Shown piece by piece: positions 12,501-25,739 of a stretch of DNA of 51,134 nucleotides (the first letter of the stretch is position 1; the number at the start of each line of letters is the position of its first letter). The stretch is from Klebsormidium nitens (lineage: Eukaryota > Plantae > Klebsormidiophyceae): the NCBI GenBank assembly GCA_000708835.1, contig DF237589.1, positions 1 through 51,134 on the forward strand. Reading direction: 5' to 3'. The translations under genes were made by a program, and so were the position numbers. The notes under the pieces are model-generated. The model ran no database searches. It saw nothing but the letters and a program-made list of their open reading frames with translations, and was not told where the DNA came from.

Positions 12501-12801
12501 TTGTGGCCCATTAAGATCCAGCCCGTCTGTCAAGCGGCTCCGTAGAATGTTGTGTGCAACGCTACAACAACAACAACCGGGGTGACCAAGGATCTAGTGA
12601 CAGCCAGACAATCTCTGCTGAATCGGCCTGTCAATCCAACAAGCATGGCGCACAACTCTACAGCCAACTTCAGGTCCAAGATTGACAAAGCTTTTCCGCT
12701 TCCCACCCAATTGGCAGGAACCAATGGAAGTCAATACAGCTGGTTGCTCCGCAACAATAGAGATCAACAACACCGAAGTTCCGTGCTTAGGATCCCGTTC
12801 A

Positions 12802-15800
12802 CTAGTGCACATTTCGGCTCTCGTCAATCCGGATCTGCAGCGTCGCCTCCGGCTTCGCTCCGGGGGGTCCGTCCTTGTAGAGCCCCGGAAGGTACGCTTT
12901 GTACGCCGGCTGGAAGCGGGCGCAAAAGTCCTCAATCTGGAGGAGAAGGTGGAATCAGAGGAAGAAAGAAACGAAGCACACTTCCGTGACAGAGCAGCAT
13001 TCGGAAAGGCACACGATGTTCCCAGTTGGGCAGTGACAGGATCCCACCGCGGATGACCATCGCCAACGACTCCCAATGCTGGCAGTGCGAGCCTGAGACT
13101 TGCCGGGAGTGATTCCACTGAAGTGCGCAAGATCCGAGAACTCGCATTGTTGCCCGCGTAATGCTCACTGCCATCACCAAACATCACATACCCTGTCCTC
13201 GTAGGTATTCTAAGAATTCCGCAATGGCTTTGGCTAGGTGGTGGTCTCAGTTCCAACAAGCCCGGCTGCAATTACGGCAGCTTTTGAGCTACTTCTGACG
13301 CTTAGTAACATTCTGCGAACAGTGCTCGCTGACTTCTTCTCACCTGTTCGTCGGTCATCCCCGTTTTGCCTTTGGCTCGCATGGCATGCTCGGCCTGCCG
13401 CAGATGACGGACGCATCAGGTGTGTTCAACTTCTTACGTCTACTCATACTTTTCCCTCTCTTTGATATTTTGTTCTTTCTTTGCTTATGTCTTTTACAAC
13501 ACTGGATCCCGTCAGCATGATAGTGGCAGCAGTAGATCAATAGTTGATCCCGGAACGAATCATTTCTCGAAATTATGCAACGACAGTCTTCTGTTGCCTT
13601 GCATGCACCCTTCGCGTCAAGGTACTGGGACAAGTCCGCGGCCAGTGGCCAGACTTTGCGAGGGATGTGCAATGCTCACGCAAACAGCCGAGTCTGACAT
13701 GTAAGCAGAACAGCAAGATATGGAGGACGGCCTGGAGAGCGCGTAAACCTGGAATATCAATCCGAAAAGCGGAGCGGCGCGAACGGGAATGCACGGCACA
13801 AAACGAAGTGCCCCCGTGCAACGAGGTATCACTCCACTATGTCAGACATTGCGGCTTGACCGGACTCCTAATCTCGACGATACCTAACGCAGAGCCTGAC
13901 CTGTGTCCAAACCATAGCCGACGGAGGGCTCGCATTCTGTGATCAGCACTGATCGGACGGATTCAAGGCAGCCAAGGTTCACCAAGAGTACCAAAGGGTT
14001 TGGAAGTGCGCGGACGGCCATTCACGACACTGCCAGCCAACCCCCATCCCCTCCCTTCCGGGGAAACAGCACGGCGCTCCTATGCGACCGAGAATGCAAT
14101 GGGGTTGCGCGCGCGCACCTGGAGGCGCCACTTGAAGACCCAGCGCGGGTCCGCCACCTGGATGACCACCCACGCGCCCACCAGGGTGTCGAACGTCTCC
14201 GCGTAGTGCTCCAGGAAGGCGTTCACGGGGATGAGCTGGAGGGGAGCAAAAGGGGGGCTTGGGTTTTCAATACTGAAAGCAGAAGCATGCTTAAAGATGT
14301 GCATCCCAGAGGCAAGTCTGGCTTCTGAAGGGTCGAGTCGTTGGCGAAGCCTGGGCCGAGTATGAAGGAGGTGCAGTAAGCGACCATCGGAAAGAAGAGG
14401 ACGGACAAAGTGCAGAATCCTTTTGACACCAGGCCGCTTGAACAGAGTCCTAATTTGGACGCTTAGAAAAACTTGGGCTTTTGAATAGATCAAGCGCAGC
14501 AGCAGGACGGTTTACACTCTGATAGCAGCACAGAACGACTTTGATCAAGGTGGTCAGATTTGGTTCATGGAACGGTATGGTCGCGGGATCGTTGTGATCA
14601 CTCGACGACGAATCACGACATTGCGGTCAAGGCCCGCGCTGGCTGCCAGACAGCGCTGGCAAAAGATTCCTCTACATCGAGAGAGGAAGCGCCGCCTTCC
14701 AAGGAGGGCGCGCAATGGCGGCTCAGCTTGGGATGAGGCCTCGCACAATCAGGCTTCAACTCTGACAGCATCATGGCAGCTCTTCAAAAGGCACATGTCC
14801 AGTGACTTACGAGAGGTGCTCGGGCGACGGGTTCACTCTGGGGTTACAGTGGATGCGGGTGCACAAGTCCGGGTTTCACGTTTCACTTTTGGTGCCCGGC
14901 TTCTTTGAAGAAGAAGTCATTGATGATCACCGGTATGCCAAACGCTGCCGGGTCAATGTCCTCACCTGCTGGTCCACGTCTGCCACTTGCTGCGTTGGCA
15001 CCGGCCGGAAGCCAAGCATCCAGCCCTCGAACAGAATCACCTCCAGCGGGCCCTTCACCTCCGGCCACGTGGCAGGATCTGCGCGGTCCCCTCGGCCCTG
15101 GTTCGCGGACTGGATTGTGGCGAAAGAGAGATACGGGTCAGTGAACGCTGATGTAGGAATGTGACGGCAGAGTTGGACTACTAGGTGGTTGGAGGGGATA
15201 CAAGTGCCGCGGGGGAGCAATCCCCTCTTTCCGGTTTCGGGATCTTCTCTTTCAATTGAGTATTGCACGACGTTGTATGCAGTGTGATTTAGAAGGAGAA
15301 AAGGAACCGGTTAGGTGTTATTTTCTTCGACAGGGGAGTTGAAGGGGGAAAGCAAGGACGATGCCGGTCCTTAATCGCATCAACACAAGATCCTAATTTG
15401 ATCGGCCATGCTCAGGGCGTCAGAACGTGTGCACCTTTTATCCAAGAAACAGCTCAAGGCTGGTCTTGGAGAACGTACCTTGTCGTATCTTGGTACCTTC
15501 GCCGTCGAACCTGCGAAAAGAGACCAATGCTGTTAGGCAATATTCCTGGCTTACTCTAGCAACGAATGCCCGGAACTTTCAAGATTCCTACCGTGTAGCA
15601 ACAACGTCCGAAGCTGTCCGCTTCTCGAGGCATCCTTTTGACGGAACGTGAAATCCGCCGGCTTTTAAAAAGCTATCACCGGCACATCTAACCGTGTCCA
15701 GCTCTGATTTGGAAAAGGCCAGTGCCAGAAACTATCTAAGAGTCGTGCCATCATTGCGTTTGATCCCCTACCTCTTTCCGTGAGCTTGAGCAGCGTCTCT

Positions 15801-17997
15801 ATGCTCTGACGGCCGAACTCCATGTCATGCGACCCAGCATTGCCCCGGAACTGCGCAAACGAACGGAATGTTTGAATTCTTGTGAGCACACAGGAAATGA
15901 AAGAGTGGGAACGTCGGAGGATCCACCACTGACTCTCCATGTACAGACGCCCGTACGCATTCAGTTGAGCCGAAAAGGCAACCGGCATCTGCTAAGGCTC
16001 AACCCTGCTGAATGACAGTCCTTAGCAACCAACTCCCATACTCATCCGTGGAACCTGGAACTTTGAAACGGGACCTTCGACTGTCGAGCATTGTGCCTCT
16101 CGTTCTCGCGTGAATCCGCTCATGATAAAGTCTGTATCTTAACATCAAGGTCAATCCTCCACACTCAAAAGGAGCCCAATACGAGTCTACGAGGACGTCG
16201 GAATTGCATAAGCGGGCAGAGGCCCAGCTCGAGCCTGCCGAAGCACGTGCCTGGAGCAGCTTGTTCCCCTCGTAGAACTCGGCCATGCGGGACTGGTCCA
16301 CGGCTGTCAGGTAGAAGTCGTCCAACGAGATGCCCGCGCAGTGGCTGCGCAAGGAAGCGCGCGTGTCGGCCAGAACAATCTCAAATAACCAGCTTGATCA
16401 TATACTCGACCGCAGGAACGGACCCTTGATACAGTAGTTTTACGTTCTACGGCAGCATGTCATGTGGAGGCAGATATGTGCTTACCTTCCGACGTACTCA
16501 AACAAGGAGGTGAGCTCTTCGACAATGGTCGATTTCCCGCAGCCCTGGGGAGCGCTGATGCCAATCTGCATCATACAAAGAGGAGCCTCACACAGCTGTC
16601 CGGGCAGGGCGGAAGCAGCAACACATTGGTCCTAGAGAATCGACCAGGTCTCTACAAGTCTGAAAAAAGCAAAGCGGACTCCGAACAGTTGGGGGCCGGA
16701 AGACGTGTCCCTCTTCGATTGCAGTAACGCTAGCCACTTTTGGGAGCCTGTTGAGAAGCCGCCAATATCAAATCCTTATGGCAGGATGTGAAAGCCGACT
16801 GTAGAAGATGGAAGCATCTACAGCAAGAGTAGCCTGCAGGCTCCTTCAATATCAGACTTTCAAACTCAAGAACCTCAGAAAAGGCTGCTTCAGCGTCCTC
16901 ACTACGAGTGGGGGCGGGCTGGCGCCATCGGGCGCCTCATGCCTCTGCCGGTGCTGCTCCAGCTGGGCTCGACACCAGAAGAAGGTGGGGAGGTAGTAGT
17001 GGAAGATGCGCGACTTCTGAGCCTCGTCCAGAGCGGCGGGGTCAAAGCCCAGGTCTGTGCACACTTTGACCCCAAGGTCAACCCATGATGATAGGCCCTG
17101 CAGCAAGATAAGAGGGAGCGTTGAGCGAGTTAAAATCCTCAGACGATCATGATTGAGTTGTGGGAGATGCTAGCTGGTGCAGGGTACAGCCTCCGACCAA
17201 TCTGGTGATTTGTAGTGCGGGGTGTGGCGCGTTTTGTTTGAGTTCTGGCTACATTGGAGTGGCCAAGCTTCAAAAGAAGGGTCAACAGAAAAGATTGCAA
17301 CGAAGGTGCATTCAAAATGCAATGTGCTGGGATAAAGTAGCTTTAAGATTGAAAACTTGTGACAAAGAGAGAGCTTCTGAAGCATAGATACATGGATGGC
17401 CTCACGGCAGGCTCGCGGCATGTTTTCCTGATTCCATACCACTGGCATCAACCAACAATCAGCTTGACCAGCCAACCAATGTGACAAGGCTGCAGAAGCT
17501 GTCTGCAGTTTGTCTGCGAGCAACGCCGCAACGATTGGTGCAAGCTGAGGTTCTGCTGCGCTTACCTCTGTGACACTCCTCTGATTTGCCCCAACCTTTG
17601 ACAGCAAGGGCCCCTGGCAAATGTAAGCTACCAGGTCTGGTACCGTTTGGAACACAGTGGATATATCTGGCGTTCGCTCAGGATTGTCGAGGGCTTCGAC
17701 TCGACTTAGGCATAACCTTTTATTCAGCCCCTCAAAATGTCTTCGCTGCCAACTTCTTCCGCTAACACCTTTGACTGGCCACGCTTGACCGGGCAGTCTC
17801 AAACCAGCTGCTTGCTTTGGATTTGTAAGCGAAGTATACAATTGGAGAGGTGAGAAGCACTCAATGCTGCCAGGGTTGCAGGTGGATTGTTGAAGGGTCA
17901 ATGGCTTTCCGAGCACGAATGTGGGGCCCAGCTGAGCAGATAATGAAGCCTTCATATCTGGATAACAGCACTTCCTTCCCAAGAATGCGCTGTCCAC
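12802..17997 (-). CDS. GLYK: D-glycerate 3-kinase (photorespiration), spliced, probably plastid-targeted
   Basis: Exons ~17997-17566, 17097-16903, 16565-16486, 16344-16251, 15850-15772, 15510-15479, 15109-14966, 14235-14119, 13394-13344 and 12936-12802 join in phase. They give ICQGPLLSK, HYYLPTFFW, IGISAPQGCGKST, ISLDDFYL, FRGNAGSHD, KVPRYDK, GRGDRAD, ILFEGWMLGF, WVFKWRLQAEHAMR and PAYKAYLPGLY. The start codon is uncertain and may lie upstream to ~18365. Confidence 0.95.
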
Positions 17998-18649
17998 TCC
18001 TTAGAAAGGAATGCAGTGTGCACCGAATCTGCGGCCAATGCCACGGAGCCTCATGACGATGCTACAAACTCTCTCGTCTCCTTAGTACACGGAGCTTCTA
18101 GGATTATACCAGCAATATGCGGGCAGTACAACAAGAAGACGGACCTTAAGAAACGCACAACCATTGAAGTGCATTTGAAGCATTTTCACAACTTTGGCAG
18201 CCTGGACCCAACGCAAGAACAGCTTGATCTGGAATTCTCAGTAGGTCTGTACAGCAACTTCACTGACATCAGTTCCCCAGTGGCGGCAGCCCAGCGCAGG
18301 CTACCTACATCATCATGCTGGCAGTGGAGATGCTGGCGAGATGCTGGCCGGCACGATGCATTTTAAATACCATGTGGATACCGTGTCGTGCCGGCTCTTT
18401 GGCCGGGCAAGCAGAGGGGCTGTCGAGTAAGGGCCTCGAACAGTGCCGCTTCGTCAGGTCATGACTTACGGTATGTTACCGTCGTGCACCGCATTGGCGC
18501 GACACCCCTGGGCGCTGTGAGATGATTGAGTGAACTAGTAGGGGTGAGATCGGATTCAGCTTTTGCATACATGCGATCCTTTCTCATTGGAGGAGCCCAG
18601 GGCCATGGCGGCGAGCAGCTGATTGAGCTCATTCCTCATTTCAAGCAGG

Positions 18650-21245
18650 ATGGCCACCTCCTCGAGTCTATTGAGAAGCACTCTTGCTCAAGCCTTTGCC
18701 ATTGGCCCCTCTCGTCTTTCTGATGGGATTTGCGGCCACAATGGTACCCGTCCTGTGCTCCCTCAGCTGCCCCCCTCCACACCCCGGCGTGCTCCGCACG
18801 GGCTTTCGCCGCTGCCCAGTCGAGGGGGCCCATGTTGCATGGCGGGGGATGCAGCGCAGGGGCTGACGTACCGGGACGCTGGCGTGGACATTGATGCGGG
18901 GGCGGAGCTGGTGCGCAGGATTGCCAAAATGGCCCCCGGGATTGGCGGTTTCGGGGGCTTGTACCCTTTTGGTGAGCAACACCAGGCCTTGGGCCACTGA
19001 CGCGCATCCTTGCGTTGGGGCGCACTCTTTGATTGTATGGTGGCGCCAGCTGCAAAGGGGGGCCGTGACTTGCATTTAAAGCGGTAGTGCAGGGCACTGC
19101 AATGGAGGATGCTGGCGGGTGCAGGACTGCTTGGAAGGTGTGTGTTCCGTGCTGCTTGCGCGTGGGGTGACCCTGGGGGCGGTGGTGGCGCGTGTGCAGG
19201 CGACTCGTACCTGGTGGCGGGCACGGACGGCGTGGGCACCAAGCTGAAGCTGGCGTTTGAGATGAACAAGCACGACACCATCGGCATCGACCTGGTAAGG
19301 CCCGTGCCGTGCGCACGCTTTGCCCGCGCACATTGGGGCATGAGCTGGGCTGTTCAAAGGCGGATGTCGGGGTGGTGTGTATGGATCCTGGACTTTTGGC
19401 AGGTGTATCTGCGTCCGAGCGCTAGCTCTGTGCCTTGAACAGGGGTGTGCTGATTTGATGCAGGTGGCCATGAGTGTGAACGACATCGTGACCAGTGGGG
19501 CGCAGCCTCTCTTCTTCCTCGACTACTTTGCCACCAGCCACCTCGATGTTGATCAAGCGGAGCAGGTGCACCCCCCCCCCCTCCCTCGCCCCACCCCCTG
19601 CTTGCTGCCAGCTCCCCGCTTGGACTGCACGTGTGCACAGTCGACTGCCTGCCGGCCCCGCCTGCCCGCCGCGCCCTGCCCCTTCTTGCCCTGACCCATG
19701 GCTGCCGTGCAGGTGATTGCGGGGATTGTGGAAGGCTGCCGCCAGTCTGAGTGTGCCTTGCTGGGAGGGGAGGTGAGCAGCCCGGCATGCTTGACCTGCT
19801 CTCCCGGTGCCTCATCCCTGCCTTTGTGGCCCCCTGTCTCTGCCAGATCGCTCACTTCCTGGGGCCGTCTCTCCTCGTGCCCCCCCCAGGCTACTCCGTC
19901 TCGCGAAGGCCGCGCACTATAACTGTGTCGCTGCGTGTGCAGACCGCGGAGATGCCCGACTTTTACAGCCCCGGGGAGTACGACCTCAGCGGCTTTGCCG
20001 TGGGCTCTGTGGCCAAGGCGGCTCTGATTGACGGCTCGCGCATTGCTGCGGGGGACGTCCTGCTGGGGCTGCCCTCCTCGGGGGTGCACTCCAACGGCTT
20101 CTCCCTCGTGCGCCGGTGCGGGGCCCACGCCCTGCCCTCCTCTCCCGCCACTCTGCATGGGCCCCCTTTGGACTGCTACGCTGCCTGCTGTGTCCTTCTC
20201 TGGCGCTTTCTGTGAGGGGGGCCAGAGGGCCTTGCCTCGTGCGCTTTGCCGGGCTGCCCCTCACACGCCTGCTGCTGCCTGCTGCAGGGTGCTGCAGGTG
20301 GCAGGTGCGTCCCTGAGCGACCCCCTCCCGGGCGCCGAGCCGGCGTGTACCATTGGGCAGGCCCTGCTCGAGCCCACCAAGATCTACGTCAAGCAGGTGA
20401 GCTGCCCCCCAGGCGCATCCCGTGGCCCTCCCCCATTGCCAGACGCCGCCGCGCCTCTTAACCCCTGGCAGCTGGGTTGGCTGCTTTGCTGGAGGCTGGT
20501 TGGCAGGGTGCCCCTCTTGGCGTGGGCTGCGCTGGCCGCGGGCTGATCCTGGGCGCGCTGGCTGCGCGGCGCGGTGCAGGTGCTGGGCTACCTGGCTCGC
20601 GTGCCCATCAAGGGCATCGCCCACATCACGGGCGGCGGCTTCACCGACAACATCCCGCGTGTGCTGCCCGCGAGCCTGGCCGCCCAGGTGGACATGGCGG
20701 CCTGGCAGGCCCCGCCCATCTTCACGTGGCTGCAGCAGGTACGCCCTCTGCCCTCGCCCCCTCTGGTGCAAGACCGTGTCAGCAGGGAGCGGCAGGGAAG
20801 GGTGGTGGCTTCGCTGGCCACTGCTGATGGGCAGTCGGAGAGCCCCGTGACAAAAGATGAGGCAGGCTGGGTGGACCCAGCGACCACCCAACTTCAACTT
20901 CCCCGCCATTGCATAGCTGCGGCTAGCGTCCGCGGCCAGGGAGCCTTATGGAGACTTTGGATTGGTCGAGGGGGAAAGGATCGTCCAGCCGAACCAAAGC
21001 CTTGCAGTCGGGCAAAGCAGGAGTTCTCGACTGGCCTACCCTAAGAGCTTCATTGTCCTGATTGTCCCAGAACGCTTCGACCTCCGGTAAGAGCGGACGG
21101 TTACAGGTGTGATTGACCAGATTCTCGATTGCCATCTCGCAAGCCTGGGCTGTCGATCGATTGGAAGCCTCGGCCAGCACGTGTGAAGGCAGTCTAACTT
21201 TCGTGCTGGCGCGCAGGCGGGCGGCATCTCGGATGCGGAGATGCG

Positions 21246-21278
<33 letters not shown>

Positions 21279-21393
21279 CGTCGTGGATGCGGCCGCCGCG
21301 GCTGACCTGCTGGCGAGCAGCAGCGCCGCCGAGCCGGTGGTGCGCCTCGGGGAGGTGGTGCCGGGGGAGGGCGTCCTGTACGCGCCATGGTGA
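18650..21393 (+). CDS. purM: Phosphoribosylformylglycinamidine cyclo-ligase (AIR synthase), spliced, with transit peptide
   Basis: Eight exons giving [100 protein letters not shown] and [16 protein letters not shown]. Stop TGA at 21391-21393. Confidence 0.97.
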
Positions 21394-22616
21394 CAGCCAG
21401 CGGAAAGGCGGCCTGGCAAGCGTGAGTAGCGGACAGCAGCACACGAGCGTCCATCGCATACGGCGAATTAAGCGGGACCATAGGACTCTAGCCCCTGCCT
21501 GGAGCGTCTGTAAGCGAGCTGTTGTGGACCTCTGTAATAGGCAGCTACAGAGTCTTCAGCACCTGAGGAGAACTAGGCAAACGTTATAGACTGGCTTTGA
21601 CATGCTTTTGGAACGTCCCGTCAAAAATCGAGCGCTGCAGTCCTCAGCTCTATTTTGTATCTCCGCCACAGTTGACCTGCCAGCTGCACGCCGTACCTCA
21701 TGCCTTACCTCAAGTCCATCCACTTATCTCAGTGGGCTGTGACGGCTTAAGCCGCCGTTTCGCAATTGAATTGCCTACAGTGTAGCAGCGGAGCTGTTAT
21801 CTGCTATTCCGATGTGAGACGGTCGGATCAATCGTCCGCTCGCATTATTCTGGATCATACTTCTTTGCCGCAGAGACAAGTGCATGTACCTTGCATCCTC
21901 CAGTAGATGCAGGCCTGTGCAACAGTCTTCAATCCATCCGCTTAGATGTGAGCTGCGGTCATCGAGTTATGAAACAGCATATGAAGTACTGTAGCGTTTG
22001 CAGAGCGACGGTTGGTCGATCATGCACACAGTCGCTGGGGAACTGAAAGAATCAGGCATGGATGCACTTGCACGCGTGAATGCATCGGCAACTTTCATCC
22101 GTCAGCATGGTCAGGAAGACCATGTTGCCGACGATGTGAAACGAATTTAAGATTTTGCACGCGGATATCGTGCACGTGATACCATAAACTATATACGAAT
22201 CCAGAATTGCAATTTGTGTCCCAGGACCTGCATGAGCAACTTGTTTCAGCAAATGGGCTGCACTAAGCGTACTTCATCCCGGTTCTGTGTGTGCTGATTC
22301 GAGCTAGGAGAACGAAAAGCTAACGGCGATCCGAGAGCAATGGAATGATACCTGGTGGTTTAGTCAGTCGAGCTGCTTGCCTATAGTTTAGCCTGGTTGT
22401 CTGTCCAAGCGTTCGCCAGATTACCCAATGGCCTACTGCGTTCGGGATGCCAAGGTAGAAGGCTTCCAGCTTGCGCAAACTCCACCAGCATAGACGGCAC
22501 TGATCTTGCACAAGATCCAAATACATTGCGAGCTGCGTCGAGTCGCTGCCCTTCTTCGTCCGCTGCCAGCCTTCTCTATGTTCTTGCTCGGTGGTGCCCT
22601 GCGCGCGCTCTGGCCG

Positions 22617-24489
22617 CTAGTCCAGCACGGGGAAGCACTTGACCAGGATGTCCACTGCGCGGTCCAGCTCCTCGTTGGTGATCACCAGCGGCGGCGCTAA
22701 TCGCACGACGTCGCCCGCCCCCGCCGTGATGACCAGCAGGCCTGCGTCCAGGCACGCGCTCACGAGCGGCCCCGCGGCCACGTCGAGCTGCACGCCCACC
22801 AGCAGCCCCGCGCCGCGCACCTCCTTCACGTGCGGGTTGTCCCCCAGCCGGCTGCGCAGCGCGGCGCGCAGGCGCTCCCCCTTGGCAGCCACGTTCTGCA
22901 GGAAGCCCGGCTCGAGGATGCGCTCCAGCACCGCCAGCGCGGCCGCACACACGAGGGGGCCCCCAGCAAACGTGCTGCCGTGGTCGCCCGGCTTCATTGC
23001 GTCCGCCACCTTCTGCTTGAGCAGCACTGCGCCAATGGGCAGGCCCCCCGCCAGCGGCTTGGCTAGGGTCATCATGTCCGGCTCCACGCCGTAGGCCTCG
23101 TGCGCAAACAGGCGCCCCGTGCGGCCCAGGCCACACTGGATCTGCAGCACGCAGGCGAGGCCAGGGTCAGCAAGCACATTGGGAAAGGAAGAGAGGCTGC
23201 ACCAGTATCCTGGGCAACCTGCCACGGAGAACAGTCCTGCCTCCATTGATCGTTGACGCACACAGGGCCCCTTGGGATGTCCCCGCCTGCAACAACATTC
23301 AAACAACGTGGGGGCAGGGCTGCCCCGCAGAGCCCAGCTGCTTCTCCTGCTTCAATGAGACTCTCCCCAGCTGCTTCCCAAAGGCGCAGCTGGCAAACAT
23401 GCCATCATCACTGTTCTGGGCCCCTGCTGGGCCTGATACTGTCATTGGCCAGCACTCCACGCGCCCCGCTGACGTTTCGCTGTCTGTCTCTGCCTGCTGG
23501 CGTGGCCTCACCTCATCAAACACGAGCAGAGCGTTGGCGTCGTCGCACAGCTTGCGCAGGCCGCGTAGGAACTCTGCGGTGGCCGTGTTGACGCCGCCCT
23601 CCCCCTGCACTGGCTCCACAAACACAGCCGCCGTGTGGCCCTTGCGGATGGCAGCCCCCGCGGCGGCCAGGTCCCCGTACTTGACAAAGTCCACGCCGGG
23701 CATGACCGGCTCAAACGGGGTGCGGTAGTGCTTCTTGCTGGTCAGCGCGAGCGCGCCCATGGTGCGCCCGTGGAAGCTGTTGCTGAAGCTCACAAAGTGC
23801 GTGGCCGGCTCCAGCTCCGTCAAGCGCAGCCAGCGCTTGGGGCCCTCCTCCTTGGCGACGCCGCGCGCGTACTTGCGCGCAAACTTGATGGCCGCCTCGT
23901 TGGCCTCCGTCCCGCTGTTGGCCAAGAACACGCGGTCTGCAAAGCTGTGGCGCACCAGCGTCTCCGCGAGCTGCACCTGCGGCACGCTGTGGTACAGGTT
24001 GCTCACGTGCGTCAGCAGGCCCGCCTGCGTTGTCACCGCCGCCAGCCACGCCGGGTCGCTGTGCCCCAGTGCATTTACCGCGATGCCCGCGGCCATGTCC
24101 AGGTATTCGCGCCCCGCCAGGTCCACCAGCGTGCTGCCGTAGCCGCGCGCAAACACCACCGGCGCGCGCGCATATGTGCCCACGAACAGCGCCTTCTCCT
24201 TGGCAATCACCTCCTCCGCTTGCCGGCTGCCGCTCGCGCTCTGCGCCTCATCTCGCGCCAGCTCGTGCGCGGCCTCTGCGGCTAGGGTGTCAGACACAGG
24301 AGCCGCACTGCTCTGAGGGCACAGCAGCCGCGGCACCTGCGGCCGCCGCACCGGGGCAACAGAGAGCAGCGGCAATTGACGCAGCCCGCTGTGCAGAGGG
24401 AAGGGAGCAGAAGGGGCAGCAAGATCAGCAGCCCCCGCACCGAACCCTGCGAGGCTACCTACCGAAGAGGCCCTGGACACCACAGCCAT
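22617..24489 (-). CDS. argD: Acetylornithine aminotransferase (class III PLP), two exons, with transit peptide
   Basis: Exons 24489-23512 and 23141-22617: [49 protein letters not shown]|[34 protein letters not shown]. Confidence 0.97.
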
Positions 24490-25739
24490 GACGCGCGGGC
24501 CCTGCACAGGCGAAACACTCCGGCCCTGCAAGTGACTTTTGCCCGTCCCTGCTTCGCCGGCGGAGCTGCCAGAATGGGCCTCCCTGTCGTCTGCCTCGAG
24601 CAATTCTTGTCCGATGGCCGTCTGATTTTATGTACGCGCAGATCGCATGCTCGATGGCCACCTCGAAACGCTAGCCTATGCTTGGCAAGGGAGTATACGG
24701 TATACGGTAGCCTGTCCTGCACAAGCTGCAACTCCGACTTCTGATTCCGAGCTACGGCTGCTACCGCCGCCGGTTCACCTTTTCCTTTGTCTTTGAGGTC
24801 CGATCGCACCGGAAGTTTGTTTGCTGTTGCAGCTCCTGGTTGGCTGCCCCGGCAGGACGACCCAGCTGAACGTAGCACTTGAAAGAGAGCACCAGGGCCC
24901 GGAATGCAAGAACGGACCGCCCAGCGCCGTATGTGAACGCGGCCGATNNNNNNNNNNNNNNNNNNNNNNNNNNNNNNNNNNNNNNNNNNNNNNNNNNNNN
25001 NNNNNNNNNNNNNNNNNNNNNNNNNNNNNNNNNNNNNNNNNNNNNNNNNNNNNNNNNNNNNNNNNNNNNNNNNNNNNNNNNNNNNNNNNNNNNNNNNNNN
25101 NNNNNNNNNNNNNNNNNNNNNNNNNNNNNNNNNNNNNNNNNNNNNNNNNNNNNNNNNNNNNNNNNNNNNNNNNNNNNNNNNNNNNNNNNNNNNNNNNNNN
25201 NNNNNNNNNNNNNNNNNNCAATCCGAATGCCCTATGTTCCCAGTACGAAGGGGATTTTCATGCTGGTTTTGGCCGTTTTTCGGGCTTCCCAGGACCATTC
25301 TAGAAATATTTAACCTTTCCGAATTTTCGCTTTCCGAATGAGAAACCCGAATTTATGACTTTCCGAATGCAGTTAATTAATTATTTATTCGGAATCATTA
25401 CCTTGGACTAGGTACCAGTTGGCGCGACCTTGCATTCCCACCCAACTCCACCCGGGGGATCGCATGTGACGTATAAGCTATCCGCCATAAGGACCCGAAT
25501 CTGCCCAAAGGGCCTTGGCACTTACCATTACCGTTCTTCTGCGAACCGTTCCCAGGTCCCCTCCCATCCATATCACATCACATCCCATCAAACGCTGGTG
25601 TGGATGGCCCTTGCTTGAGGGCAATTTGCAAGCAGACCTGTGCAATTGTCGTCTGAGGTGCTTTAATGCTCGACTGCTCTTTTGGATGCTTCCATGCAGA
25701 CTATTCCATCCTGACTTGAGGCGCTGCCGATACTTAGTC

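Noticed and set aside
12682-13056. Plus-strand 124-aa ORF that looks protein-like
   Set aside because: It is largely the antisense shadow of the last GLYK exon (12936-12802).
20923-21130. Antisense ~70-codon open frame in the last purM intron ([10 protein letters not shown]...)
   Set aside because: It is short, has no recognisable motif and is compatible with chance.
18636-24744. Numerous long overlapping ORFs around purM and argD
   Set aside because: They are alternate-frame or antisense read-through expected in very GC-rich sequence; the spliced genes explain the region.
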